This document shows, piece after piece, positions 37,091 to 46,472 of a stretch of DNA of 64,000 nucleotides. The translations under genes and the position numbers were made by a program. Position 1 is the stretch's first letter. Each line of letters opens with the position of its first letter. Source of the DNA: a virus; the IMG/VR virus record IMGVR_UViG_3300005805_000050, positions 58,087-122,086 of that record. One strand, written 5' to 3'. The notes under the pieces were generated by a model. It ran no database searches and was not told the origin of the DNA. It saw only the letters and a list, made by a program, of their open reading frames with translations.

Positions 37091-37891
37091 ATGAAGACGC
37101 GAGAATTCAAATGCGTAAAAATCCTCACCGATCTTATTGAGAGCGACGGCCTTATCGGGATAAAGACCAGTTTTGAAGACGAAGGCGCCATGTTCGATGA
37201 AACCATCAGACTCAAGGAAATCTGCAACCAAGCCAAGACAAAGGTAACTCTTAAGATAGGCGGGCCAGAGGCCATAAGAGACATCAAAGAGTCTTGTATT
37301 ATAGGCGTTAAGGGATTGGTGGCGCCCATGGTCGAATCCCCCTTTGGACTCAAGAAGTTCATTCAAGCTGTCAACAGTAATCTACCTAAGGACGTAGTGG
37401 ATTCCCTACAGCTCAACGTAAACATAGAGACCATATCAGCGGCCAAGTCAGCTGATCAAATACTATCCATACCCGAGGCAAACCAACTTTACGGAGTTAC
37501 TGTGGGCAGGGTAGATTTGGTTTCCTCCATGGGAAAGGACAGAGCTTACGTGAACAGCGATGAAGTATTGTCCCTTGCGGAGAACGTTTTCACCTTCGCC
37601 AAAGAGAAGGGATTGAAGGCATGTTTGGGAGGCGCGGTTTCTACGGACTCTTATGAGTTCATCAAGAAGCTGCACTCTAAAAGGCTGTTGGACAAGTTTG
37701 AGACTCGTTACGCCATCTTCGATCCTTCCATAGCGTTGAAGAATCTGTCTCGCGCCCTATCAAAAGCGCAGATGTTCGAGTACGAGTGGCTCATGGTTAA
37801 ACACGAACACTACACAGCTTACGCCAACCAAGACATTAAACGCATCAAAATGATCCAAGAGCGGATCAATCAATCGCTGAGTGTGGAATGA
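37091..37891 (+). CDS. HpcH/HpaI aldolase / citrate lyase-family protein
   Basis: LKIGGPEA, APMVES, NIET, GRVDLVSS. Confidence 0.78.
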   Translation: MKTREFKCVKILTDLIESDGLIGIKTSFEDEGAMFDETIRLKEICNQAKTKVTLKIGGPEAIRDIKESCIIGVKGLVAPMVESPFGLKKFIQAVNSNLPKDVVDSLQLNVNIETISAAKSADQILSIPEANQLYGVTVGRVDLVSSMGKDRAYVNSDEVLSLAENVFTFAKEKGLKACLGGAVSTDSYEFIKKLHSKRLLDKFETRYAIFDPSIALKNLSRALSKAQMFEYEWLMVKHEHYTAYANQDIKRIKMIQERINQSLSVE

Positions 37892-38526
37892 GGGTGCTCT
37901 TAACAGGCGGCAGTAGAGGAATCGGTCTCGCGATAAAGAAAAAGTTCGAGGGAGAAGGTCACGACGTGTACGCTCCAACTCGAGAAGAGATGGATCTGTG
38001 CGATGTGCCTTACATAGAGGATCCCGCGTACGACATAGTAATAAACAACGCCGGCGTGAATCCACTATCCGAGTTGGTAGAATTTAACTATGAGGAGGAT
38101 TACGCGATGAAGGTCAACTACTTCTCTCCTTTGCACATCATAAAGCAATGCTTGCCTTACATGATAGAGAGAGGCTACGGTAGGATAGTGAACATAGGAA
38201 GCGTGTGGACCAAACTGTCGAAAGCAAAGAGATCGAACTACAGCGCAAGCAAGTGTGCGTTGGATTCCCTCTCCAGATCCATCACTGCTGAATACGCAAG
38301 GTACGGAGTGCTATGCAATACCGTTTCCCCAGGCTTCATACTCACTGACATGACCCTCGACAACAACACAGAAGAGGAATTAGAGGGCATAAAGAGCACC
38401 GTACCAGTAAATAGATTGGGAGACTGCAAAGAGATAGCAGACCTTGTTTACTACCTAACGGTCAACAACACTTTCATATCGGGACAAAACATATTCATAG
38501 ACGGAGGGTACGCATGCGTAGCTTAG
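37888..38526 (+). CDS. SDR oxidoreductase
   Basis: TGGSRGIG, NNAG, YSASK, PGFILTDM, DGGY. Confidence 0.92.
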   Translation: MRVLLTGGSRGIGLAIKKKFEGEGHDVYAPTREEMDLCDVPYIEDPAYDIVINNAGVNPLSELVEFNYEEDYAMKVNYFSPLHIIKQCLPYMIERGYGRIVNIGSVWTKLSKAKRSNYSASKCALDSLSRSITAEYARYGVLCNTVSPGFILTDMTLDNNTEEELEGIKSTVPVNRLGDCKEIADLVYYLTVNNTFISGQNIFIDGGYACVA

Positions 38527-39542
38527 ACATAAAATCCAGATCGGGAAACTACAGCGTAGTTTTTACTGACATCGATAAGACCATAGATTTCATTAAAGAC
38601 ATGACTGTGGTCGTAGATTCTAACGTGTACGATCTGTACCAAAACCGCTTCGCTGGTTTGGACGTCGTAAAGTTCAGGTGCGAAGAGGACAACAAGACTC
38701 TCGACGGTGCTGCTTTCATAATGGAGCAATTCGTAGAGAGAAAGTTGAAGTCTAACGCAACAGTGGCTGTGGTGGGAGGAGGCATACTCCAAGACTCAGC
38801 GGGTTTCGCCTGTTCAGTTTACTGCAGAGGCATTAAGTACGTATTGGTTCCCACGACTCTGCTGTCCCAATGCGACAGCTGCATAGGAGGCAAGACATCC
38901 ATAAACTTCTGCTCGGTAAAAAATATCTTGGGAACCTTCTACCCTCCTCAAGAGATACTTATCTGCACAGAATTTCTAAACACCCTTACTCAATCCGACT
39001 ACCTCAGTGGGTTGGGTGAGATAGTCAAGTTCAATCTGCTCGATTCAAAGCTGGATTGGTTTCTTTCAAAAGACACCAGATCTGACGTTGAGGAACTGAT
39101 CTACACATCTCTGTTGTACAAGAGCAGAATCATAGAGATTGACGAGTTCGATAAGAAGGAGAGGAAATTCTTGAACTTCGGTCACACTTTCGGTCACGCG
39201 CTGGAGTCCACATCTCACTATGGAGTACCGCACGGCACAGCTGTACTGATAGGCATCGCCATAGCAAACAGAGTATCTCAGAAGTTGGGACATTTGAAGG
39301 AAGACAGATCATTAGATATCATACTTAAGTACACCGAACACCAACACTTGAATCCCGCTTGGTTTGATTTCGCCAACCTACTAGAGGTCATAAAGCTGGA
39401 CAAGAAGAGCACAGGTTCCATCAACATGGTGCTCCTTACGGACTCGAAACCCATTCTTCAAAAGATAGAAAATTTGATTATATTAGAGGAAGCAGTAAAA
39501 GAAATTTATGAGACTCTCAGACTACGTAATAAAGTATCTTAA
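38514..39542 (+). CDS. 3-dehydroquinate synthase-like sugar-phosphate cyclase
   Basis: GGGILQD, PTTLL..CDSCIGGKT, KNILG, LNFGHTFGHALE, HG.AV. Confidence 0.88.
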   Translation: MRSLDIKSRSGNYSVVFTDIDKTIDFIKDMTVVVDSNVYDLYQNRFAGLDVVKFRCEEDNKTLDGAAFIMEQFVERKLKSNATVAVVGGGILQDSAGFACSVYCRGIKYVLVPTTLLSQCDSCIGGKTSINFCSVKNILGTFYPPQEILICTEFLNTLTQSDYLSGLGEIVKFNLLDSKLDWFLSKDTRSDVEELIYTSLLYKSRIIEIDEFDKKERKFLNFGHTFGHALESTSHYGVPHGTAVLIGIAIANRVSQKLGHLKEDRSLDIILKYTEHQHLNPAWFDFANLLEVIKLDKKSTGSINMVLLTDSKPILQKIENLIILEEAVKEIYETLRLRNKVS

Positions 39543-41247
39543 AGAAGTCGAAGGTATCGACACCGTATTCACTGTATCGGGAGGTGGTTGCATATTTCTC
39601 GTTGATTCTCTATCTAATGTAGAGGGTTTGAAATACATCGCTACTCATCACGAACAAGCCGCTGCAATGGCCGCAGAAGGATATGCAAGAATGAGTGGAA
39701 AAATGGGAGCTTGCGTAGTAACTTCTGGACCCGGCGCTACAAACGCCATAACTGGAGTATTAGGTGCGTGGCTAGATTCCATACCAGTAATGGTAATAAG
39801 CGGTCAAGTTAATAAGGAAATGACCACTAACTACACGCGCCTGAACCTCAGACAACTCGGAGATCAGGAATTTAATGTTGTTGAAACGGTTAAGAACATG
39901 ACAAAGTACGCCGTACAAGTCAACGATGAAAAAGAAATTCGATATCACATAGAGAAAGCGTGTTCACTAGCCAAATCAGGCAGACCAGGTCCAGTGTGGT
40001 TAGACATACCACTAAACATACAATCAGCCAACATAGAGCCTGAAACTTTAGTCGGGTATGATAATTTATATTCTGTACCTGAACCCACGAACAATCAACT
40101 CGATTTAATTGTAGAAAAACTAAGACATGCAAAGAAACCACTATTGATAGTTGGTAACGGTATAAGATTGAGCGGAGCAATTAAAAGCTTGCACGAATTA
40201 TTACAGAGGATACAGATACCCGTAATATCTGCTGTCAATGGAAACGACTTAGTAAATGATGATTACGAAGGGTACTGTGGAAGATTTGGAACACACGCTC
40301 AAATATGTGCAAACAGTCTCCTCTCTGAGGCAGATTTCCTATTGTCAATAGGTTCTAGATTGTATGTTAGACAAGTTGGTCATAATTTCAAGGCTTTCGG
40401 CAAAAATGCTTTCAGAGTGTATGTAGACATAGACGAGAACGAACTGAACAAACCCACACTCTTTCCAGACCTGGCCGTCCATTCAGACGCTAATGCGTTC
40501 ATTCGTGGTTTACTAAATAAAAACCTTTCTCAAACGGATTCTAAGTGGTTATCGTATTGTTCAAACAAGTATAAAACAACACCAACCGTATTGGAGAAAC
40601 ACAGAAAGAAGGCGCATACAGTAAGTCACTACTATTTCATAGAGCAGTTAAGCAAAGTCTTAACAAAGGATGATCACATAGTTACAAGTGACGGCTCCGC
40701 AAATGTGGTGACCATGCAAGTAATGAAGTTGAAAGGAGGCCAGAGACTAATCACAAATACAGGTAACGCTCCAATGGGATATGGTCTTCCAGCTGCCATA
40801 GGGGCCAGTTCTACAGGAACACCTATAATATGTATAGAAGGCGATGGTAGTTTGCACATGAATATACATGAGCTTCAAACAATGAAGCACAACAAACTTC
40901 CAATAAAGCTGATCATATTAAACAACGACGGTTACACGTCCATAAAGATATCTCAGAAAACATTCTTTAAGGGTAAGTTCGTAGCATCAGAAAAGAATAG
41001 CGGCGTGTCACTGCCAAATTTTAAGAAGATAGTAGAAGCTTATGAACTGCCATATTACTCAATAATAGATCACGACTCTGTCGCCAAGGGATTATACCAA
41101 TTCTTAAATCACGAAGGTCCCTGCGTACTAGAGGTATTCACGGATCCAGAAGAGTTTCATGAACCAAAGGTGGCAGCAAAATTAGGATTAGACGGAAAAT
41201 TTATACCAGGAAACTTAGAAGACATTAAATGGATATCTGAATCATGA
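39508..41247 (+). CDS. ThDP-dependent acetolactate synthase-like carboligase (YerE-like)
   Basis: HHEQAAAMAAEGYAR, TSGPGATN, SGQV, MGYGLPAAIG, GDGS...NNDGY. Confidence 0.88.
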   Translation: MRLSDYVIKYLKEVEGIDTVFTVSGGGCIFLVDSLSNVEGLKYIATHHEQAAAMAAEGYARMSGKMGACVVTSGPGATNAITGVLGAWLDSIPVMVISGQVNKEMTTNYTRLNLRQLGDQEFNVVETVKNMTKYAVQVNDEKEIRYHIEKACSLAKSGRPGPVWLDIPLNIQSANIEPETLVGYDNLYSVPEPTNNQLDLIVEKLRHAKKPLLIVGNGIRLSGAIKSLHELLQRIQIPVISAVNGNDLVNDDYEGYCGRFGTHAQICANSLLSEADFLLSIGSRLYVRQVGHNFKAFGKNAFRVYVDIDENELNKPTLFPDLAVHSDANAFIRGLLNKNLSQTDSKWLSYCSNKYKTTPTVLEKHRKKAHTVSHYYFIEQLSKVLTKDDHIVTSDGSANVVTMQVMKLKGGQRLITNTGNAPMGYGLPAAIGASSTGTPIICIEGDGSLHMNIHELQTMKHNKLPIKLIILNNDGYTSIKISQKTFFKGKFVASEKNSGVSLPNFKKIVEAYELPYYSIIDHDSVAKGLYQFLNHEGPCVLEVFTDPEEFHEPKVAAKLGLDGKFIPGNLEDIKWISES

Positions 41248-42032
41248 AAATACTAGTTACAGGAGCAGGAGGTTACATAGGAAAATCTATAGTAAACGCT
41301 TTAAGGGAGATCCACGATGTGGATGGTATCACCCGCGCAGACTTAGATTTATTAAACACAAACGATGTACTGAAATTTTTCAAAAAGAAGTATTACGATG
41401 TTGTGATACATTGCGCAGTGGCAGGGGGCAGTAGATTAAAGCAAGATAGTTGGCAAGTGTTGGATCAAAATCTAATCATGTACTATAATCTAGTGAGTTG
41501 TAGAGGATCATACGAGAGGCTTATACACTTTGGATCGGGCGCAGAGATTTACATGTTTGATACACCGTATGGATACAGTAAGAGTGTCATATCAAAATCA
41601 ATGAAGAACGATTCGCAGTTCTATAACATAAGGATATTTGCGCTTTTTGACGAGAACGAACTGGATACCAGATTTATAAAAGCATCTCTCTTGAACTACA
41701 TAAACAAGAGACCTATAGTAATACATAAGAATCGATACATGGATTTCTTCTATATGAAAGATCTAATTAGCGTTGTAAATTACTACATCACTGAAGAAGA
41801 ACCTACTTTTAGAGAGTACAACTGTAGTTATTTGTCTCATAACAACATGCAAACTTTAGAGAGCATAGCTAATTACATAAACACTCTAAACAATTACACG
41901 GTTCCTATCAATATAAATGATCACTTTATGGATATGGACTACATTTCAAAAACTACCCAATCTATAAAAGACATACAGTATATAGGACTTTTCGAGGGTA
42001 TTAAACAAACATATCAAAAACTAAGCAAATGA
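41244..42032 (+). CDS. NAD-dependent epimerase/reductase
   Basis: TGAGGYIG, FGSGAE, YGYSK, MDFFY. Confidence 0.85.
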   Translation: MKILVTGAGGYIGKSIVNALREIHDVDGITRADLDLLNTNDVLKFFKKKYYDVVIHCAVAGGSRLKQDSWQVLDQNLIMYYNLVSCRGSYERLIHFGSGAEIYMFDTPYGYSKSVISKSMKNDSQFYNIRIFALFDENELDTRFIKASLLNYINKRPIVIHKNRYMDFFYMKDLISVVNYYITEEEPTFREYNCSYLSHNNMQTLESIANYINTLNNYTVPININDHFMDMDYISKTTQSIKDIQYIGLFEGIKQTYQKLSK

Positions 42033-43312
42033 AACCAATAAGTTTTCTCATTAACACATCTATCAATACACTTGATCACCTTAAACTGCTATTAAGATCG
42101 CTAAGAGAGAATCTTCACAGCAAGGACCACGAAATCCTGATATTCGTAGATTCAGATAATGAGGGAACATACGAGTATTTGAAAGCACAGAAACAACACT
42201 TTAACAATTTAAGAATTATCACACATGATTTGAAACCATGTATAGGATATTCGAGAAATAATAACCTATTGGTAGAACTAGCTTCCAACGAAATAGTCAC
42301 GTACCTTCAATCAGACATGGTAGTTTGCAAGGATTACGACTTAAATGTGTTAGAAGATTTAGAAGAGAATTGCGTACTGAGCATAACACGAATAGAGCCT
42401 CCCTTGCATGGATCATCGGAGACCACCATAACACAGAATTTTGGAGTGGATCCAAATCAGTTTGATTGGGATGGCTTCATAAATTTTTCCAATACAAAAA
42501 AACAAGACAAGCAACTGCAATACTTTTTTGCACCCTTTGTATTTCACAAAAGTACCTGGTTGAGTTTAGGTGGCTACGATACAATGTATAGAAGATCAAG
42601 AGAGGATTCAGATTTACTCCAACGGTTCATTCATGCTGGTGTAAAGATAAAGCAAACGTTCAAAGCCAACGTATATCACTTCTCGTGTGTAACATCGAGA
42701 GGTAAAAACTGGTTTGATCAGAGTAATGCATCAGCCCAAGAAAGGGTTAAAATACAGGGTTACGCAGATAGGGTAGAATTAAGACGGTTCATCAGAAGGT
42801 GGGGAGGTTTTAACCACGGAGAACAGAAGTTACGTAAGTACGATGTAGATCTAGTTATTAAGGGAGAAGGTCCATTTAACTATGAAAGCATAATAAACAT
42901 AGAGCCATTCTTTTCTCGAGTGTGGATTAGTTCACATACCGCTATAAATCACGTGTGCGATGTATTAGACGTAACTGAACATACATACGCCAATATGCTA
43001 TTGAATTTTACCGAAGACGATTGGAAGATTGCTTCCAAATACTACAATCAAACAGACTACTCATCTATATTCCTATACGGATCACCTGAAAATTGGAATG
43101 TTAAAATAGAAATAAATTGTTCTTTATTGAGTAGTAATACGTTTGTCACTACTAATCCACAAACAGTCTATGATGTTATAGACGCAACTGAGGAGGGGCA
43201 ATACGAGACCGAAGACGGAGTAGTGATAGATATAAAGACTAAACTTTATAATGTACCTAATCTGCGGGTGGAAAATCCTCCTTTTGATATGAACCTATTA
43301 CACATAGAATAA
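42029..43312 (+). CDS. glycosyltransferase family 2
   Basis: IFVDSDNEGT, YLQSDM, RIEPPLH, GGYD, EDSD, YHF. Confidence 0.85.
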   Translation: MKPISFLINTSINTLDHLKLLLRSLRENLHSKDHEILIFVDSDNEGTYEYLKAQKQHFNNLRIITHDLKPCIGYSRNNNLLVELASNEIVTYLQSDMVVCKDYDLNVLEDLEENCVLSITRIEPPLHGSSETTITQNFGVDPNQFDWDGFINFSNTKKQDKQLQYFFAPFVFHKSTWLSLGGYDTMYRRSREDSDLLQRFIHAGVKIKQTFKANVYHFSCVTSRGKNWFDQSNASAQERVKIQGYADRVELRRFIRRWGGFNHGEQKLRKYDVDLVIKGEGPFNYESIINIEPFFSRVWISSHTAINHVCDVLDVTEHTYANMLLNFTEDDWKIASKYYNQTDYSSIFLYGSPENWNVKIEINCSLLSSNTFVTTNPQTVYDVIDATEEGQYETEDGVVIDIKTKLYNVPNLRVENPPFDMNLLHIE

Positions 43313-43342
43313 CACACCAACAACGATATTTATTATAAAAAC

Positions 43343-43642
43343 ATGAGCCATCCCAGATACACCGTAACTTTAGAAGGACAAAAATACACGGTACAATTCG
43401 ATACCGAAGACTCTCCAACCAAACGAGGCATAAACATGCAGTTCATAATGCCAGAAGTTCCCGATGATCCCAGAAAGAAGCAAGAATTGGCCAATAAGAT
43501 CACCGTTGCCCTTCAAAAAAAATTCAGTCAGTCTGATATAGCGGTCGATTATAACGAGAGAAACCCGTACGAGAACGTCATAAGCTACATAATACCCCTT
43601 TCTGAGATATCGAACATGTTGATGGGCATACTAAAGAAATAA
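43343..43642 (+). CDS. hypothetical protein
   Basis: ATATTTATT at 43326 upstream. Confidence 0.75.
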   Translation: MSHPRYTVTLEGQKYTVQFDTEDSPTKRGINMQFIMPEVPDDPRKKQELANKITVALQKKFSQSDIAVDYNERNPYENVISYIIPLSEISNMLMGILKK

Positions 43643-43661
43643 ACTATGAAACAAACAAGTT

Positions 43662-44006
43662 ATGGAAAAGAAAAGAAAGGTGAGAGCCAACATACAAGGC
43701 GTTGACACAATAACTCACGAAGACCTTAAAAAATCGGTCATCCTCAAGGACCTTGTAATTAAAGAAACTCCCAATGCTATAGAAGAGGCTATAGCCAATA
43801 GAAACAATTTCGCTAGCGTATTTGAAGTTAACGATTCAGGCAACTACGTCGAGATACACCGTAGGGATTGGATACCTGCTTTAGAGGCGTGTCTAATGCA
43901 TTCAGTACAGAAAGAGGATTACGAATCCTGTTCGAAGATAAACAAGTTAATAGACAAATTGAAGCTAGTCAACACCGCAATAAAAATAAAGAAAACCCAT
44001 GAATGA
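43662..44006 (+). CDS. hypothetical protein with UVR-like C-terminal helix pair
   Basis: EDYESCSKINKLI. Confidence 0.6.
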   Translation: MEKKRKVRANIQGVDTITHEDLKKSVILKDLVIKETPNAIEEAIANRNNFASVFEVNDSGNYVEIHRRDWIPALEACLMHSVQKEDYESCSKINKLIDKLKLVNTAIKIKKTHE

Positions 44007-44406
44007 ACCATACAAAAATCTAAAAATGACTGTAGACGAAATACTAAACTCCAATTCCATAGTAAGGAAGCGGCGCAAGACGGAATCAGATAAGAACACT
44101 GAGATGTTTAGACAGATCATAAACAATATAGAGTACATAAACAATAGATCTTACTTGGTCCACCAAGAATTTGGAATGGACATGAACACGTATGACGAAA
44201 AGTTTCTTGAGGTAATAGACGTCATGCTGTACATGATGTACGGTAAAGACTGTTACGAGCTAATAAGCTTCTACCTGTTCCACAGGTTGAACGAAGACGG
44301 CACCATAAATCCAGTAATAATAGAGGAGACGGGACAGGAAGTCAGATTAGAAAGCCCTTACGAGCTTTACAACCTAATGAAGGAGATAAATCCCAAGATA
44401 AAGTAG
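43999..44406 (+). CDS. hypothetical protein
   Basis: Open frame, overlapping junctions. Confidence 0.7.
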   Translation: MNEPYKNLKMTVDEILNSNSIVRKRRKTESDKNTEMFRQIINNIEYINNRSYLVHQEFGMDMNTYDEKFLEVIDVMLYMMYGKDCYELISFYLFHRLNEDGTINPVIIEETGQEVRLESPYELYNLMKEINPKIK

Positions 44407-45146
44407 TGGATTCTGAGTACAAATACTTTCCAAACCAAGTAGGAAATTGGTACAATGCCGGTCTTCAAATACCGGAGGAAAAGATCCGCGAGGCAATGTC
44501 TAAGACAACGAGCAACATGAAAGCCGCTCAATACTTGGAAGTCTCGTATCCCACGTACAAGAAGTATGCTAAAGGGTATGTGGATATGGAAACTGGAAAG
44601 ACTCTATTTGAACTTCACCAAAACCAAGCCATGAAGGGTATAGTAGGTCGGACATGGGTTGGAGGTAAGATGAGATTGAATTGGGACAACATACTTTCCC
44701 AAAACCAGAAGGCCACGCCAGAGAGGATACAAAAACTAAAGGACAATCTAAAACAACACAATAAACTGGAAGAGCGGTGTTATCGCTGCGATTTTGACGA
44801 ACGGCGTGTTGAAGACAATAAGTGTCCACTCATACTTAATTTCAAAAACGGGGACAAGACAGATTGGAGAATACAGAACTTAGAGTTCGTTTGTTACAAT
44901 TGCGCGTACCTCCATTGCCTAGACTTCTACGAGGACTCCGTCATTGAGAAGGTTGAAACGCTATCTATGACCGCACCCCAAGGGAAGAAGGAGCGAAAGG
45001 ATTTCTACGAGTTGGACGACTTCTACTTAGATCACATAAAGAAGTTGGGTATAACAACTGAAGAAGATCGCACACCCGTTGAGGCACAAAAGAAAGAAAA
45101 AGTTACCAATACCGATGATTTTTCGGACCTCATCGACTATGTATAA
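44406..45146 (+). CDS. HTH + degenerate HNH/Zn-finger protein
   Basis: SNMKAAQYLEVSYPTYKKY helix pair; CYRC...PLILNFKNGDKTDWRIQNLEFVCYNC. Confidence 0.65.
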   Translation: MDSEYKYFPNQVGNWYNAGLQIPEEKIREAMSKTTSNMKAAQYLEVSYPTYKKYAKGYVDMETGKTLFELHQNQAMKGIVGRTWVGGKMRLNWDNILSQNQKATPERIQKLKDNLKQHNKLEERCYRCDFDERRVEDNKCPLILNFKNGDKTDWRIQNLEFVCYNCAYLHCLDFYEDSVIEKVETLSMTAPQGKKERKDFYELDDFYLDHIKKLGITTEEDRTPVEAQKKEKVTNTDDFSDLIDYV

Positions 45147-45158
45147 TATAAAGAACTA

Positions 45159-45335
45159 ATGAAAACCAAAAAGAGTCGCGTCAAACGTGGATGCCAAATA
45201 TTCCAAATAGGCCTGAAAAAAGCCACCTCATACGAGATGGTCAAGGGTCGTTTAGGGTATAGGTTCTACAATCCGGACATGCTAAAGTCCAGGATGAATA
45301 TGACACCGAAAGAGTTCCAGGAGCTCACCAGTTGA
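45159..45335 (+). CDS. 58-aa basic protein
   Basis: A-rich start context; below the track cutoff. Confidence 0.45.
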   Translation: MKTKKSRVKRGCQIFQIGLKKATSYEMVKGRLGYRFYNPDMLKSRMNMTPKEFQELTS

Positions 45336-45368
45336 TTATCTGTGTATTAAATTTTACACTACAAAGCC

Positions 45369-45403
45369 ATATTTCCTTTTTAGGGCGGGATTGTCTATAT
45401 TTA
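45369..45403 (+). promoter_or_regulatory. sigma-A-like promoter ATATTT-N21-TATATTTA
   Basis: Shares CGGGATT-N4-TATATTTACC with the 56609 promoter. Confidence 0.6.
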
Positions 45404-45426
45404 CCTATAGATAATCAGGACAGACT

Positions 45427-46053
45427 ATGGCAAAATTTGTACAGACCCTATCTGACACCGAAAAGAATTTCTTAAAGTTTGTAAGATCCGAGTGCAGGAA
45501 GTACGGAGTGAAGTTAAAATTAAAGCACAAGGAAAAAATTCGTGTTGGAGAAAAAATGTGGGGTTCGGGATACTTCGACGAAATGACACCGGCGCTTGCA
45601 GTGGCAACACAGCGGCCTGACTGGCTAGAGATATTGGTGCATGAGTACTGCCACTTAACACAGTGGATAGATCAGTGCAAAGAGTGGAAGAAGGCGGAAC
45701 GACACGATTCCTGTTGGTACATGGAAAAGTGGTTGACGGGCCAATCTGTAAAGAATCCGTATTTCCACATCAATAACGTAAGAGACATAGAGCTGGATAA
45801 CGAGAAGCGGGCGGTCAAGACGATAAAAGATTTCGGCCTTGATAAAGTCATAAACATTGACAAGTACATTCAAAGAGCAAACGCATACATTGGCTACCAC
45901 AACTATATGAAGACAACAAGGAAGTGGATGTCGGCGGAAAACGCACCTTACGAAAATCGAAAGCTGGTCAAATCCATGCCCAAGAGTTTTAGAATGAATT
46001 ACCAGAAACTGAGCAAAAAGATGTTTGGAGTATTTGTAAAATCCGGAGTATGA
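45427..46053 (+). CDS. zincin-like metallopeptidase domain protein
   Basis: LVHEYCHLTQW (HExxH) and downstream ELDNE. Confidence 0.7.
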   Translation: MAKFVQTLSDTEKNFLKFVRSECRKYGVKLKLKHKEKIRVGEKMWGSGYFDEMTPALAVATQRPDWLEILVHEYCHLTQWIDQCKEWKKAERHDSCWYMEKWLTGQSVKNPYFHINNVRDIELDNEKRAVKTIKDFGLDKVINIDKYIQRANAYIGYHNYMKTTRKWMSAENAPYENRKLVKSMPKSFRMNYQKLSKKMFGVFVKSGV

Positions 46054-46451
46054 TGAAGAAACAACACTTGACTAGAGGCCACGCCACTAAAATATTAGAT
46101 TGGTGCAAGCGGGAATACGGAATGTCGAAATACAAGAAGAGGTACCCAGATCTAGAGTTCAGAAAGATAAGGTATCCCGACGAGGAAGGTCAGGACGGGT
46201 ATTATGACGATTACGAGAATCTGATATTCGTAAATAGAGAATTTCATAATCACGTAAACCACCTAGCACAGACACTGATAGAGGAGTACACACACTTCCT
46301 CCAGTCAGACCGCCAGTATCAAAGGTTAGCTGAGCAGTACCCTTACAGCCAACATCCGATGGAAAGACAGGCCAAATACAGAGCCAACAAAGACTACAAG
46401 AGATGTGTAAAAGATCTTAAAAAGGTACACCTGTCATTCCAACTGTTATGA
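46050..46451 (+). CDS. zincin-like protein with degenerate EExxH motif
   Basis: GYYDD...IFVN...LIEEYTHFLQ...PME. Confidence 0.55.
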   Translation: MMKKQHLTRGHATKILDWCKREYGMSKYKKRYPDLEFRKIRYPDEEGQDGYYDDYENLIFVNREFHNHVNHLAQTLIEEYTHFLQSDRQYQRLAEQYPYSQHPMERQAKYRANKDYKRCVKDLKKVHLSFQLL

Positions 46452-46472
46452 GTGAAACATATTTATAGTCGT

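Noticed and set aside
35130-41247. Auxiliary metabolic genes for pyruvate dehydrogenase, shikimate and branched-chain amino acid synthesis
   Set aside because: No E2/E3, no other aro genes, no IlvN/C/D; all are embedded among NDP-sugar enzymes, which favours sugar tailoring.
20167-43312. Host O-antigen locus misassembled into the contig
   Set aside because: It is colinear with phage genes, joined by the same overlapping junctions, led by the same promoter motif, begins with phage-type GT4s and lacks wzx/wzy. Read mapping would still be the decisive test.
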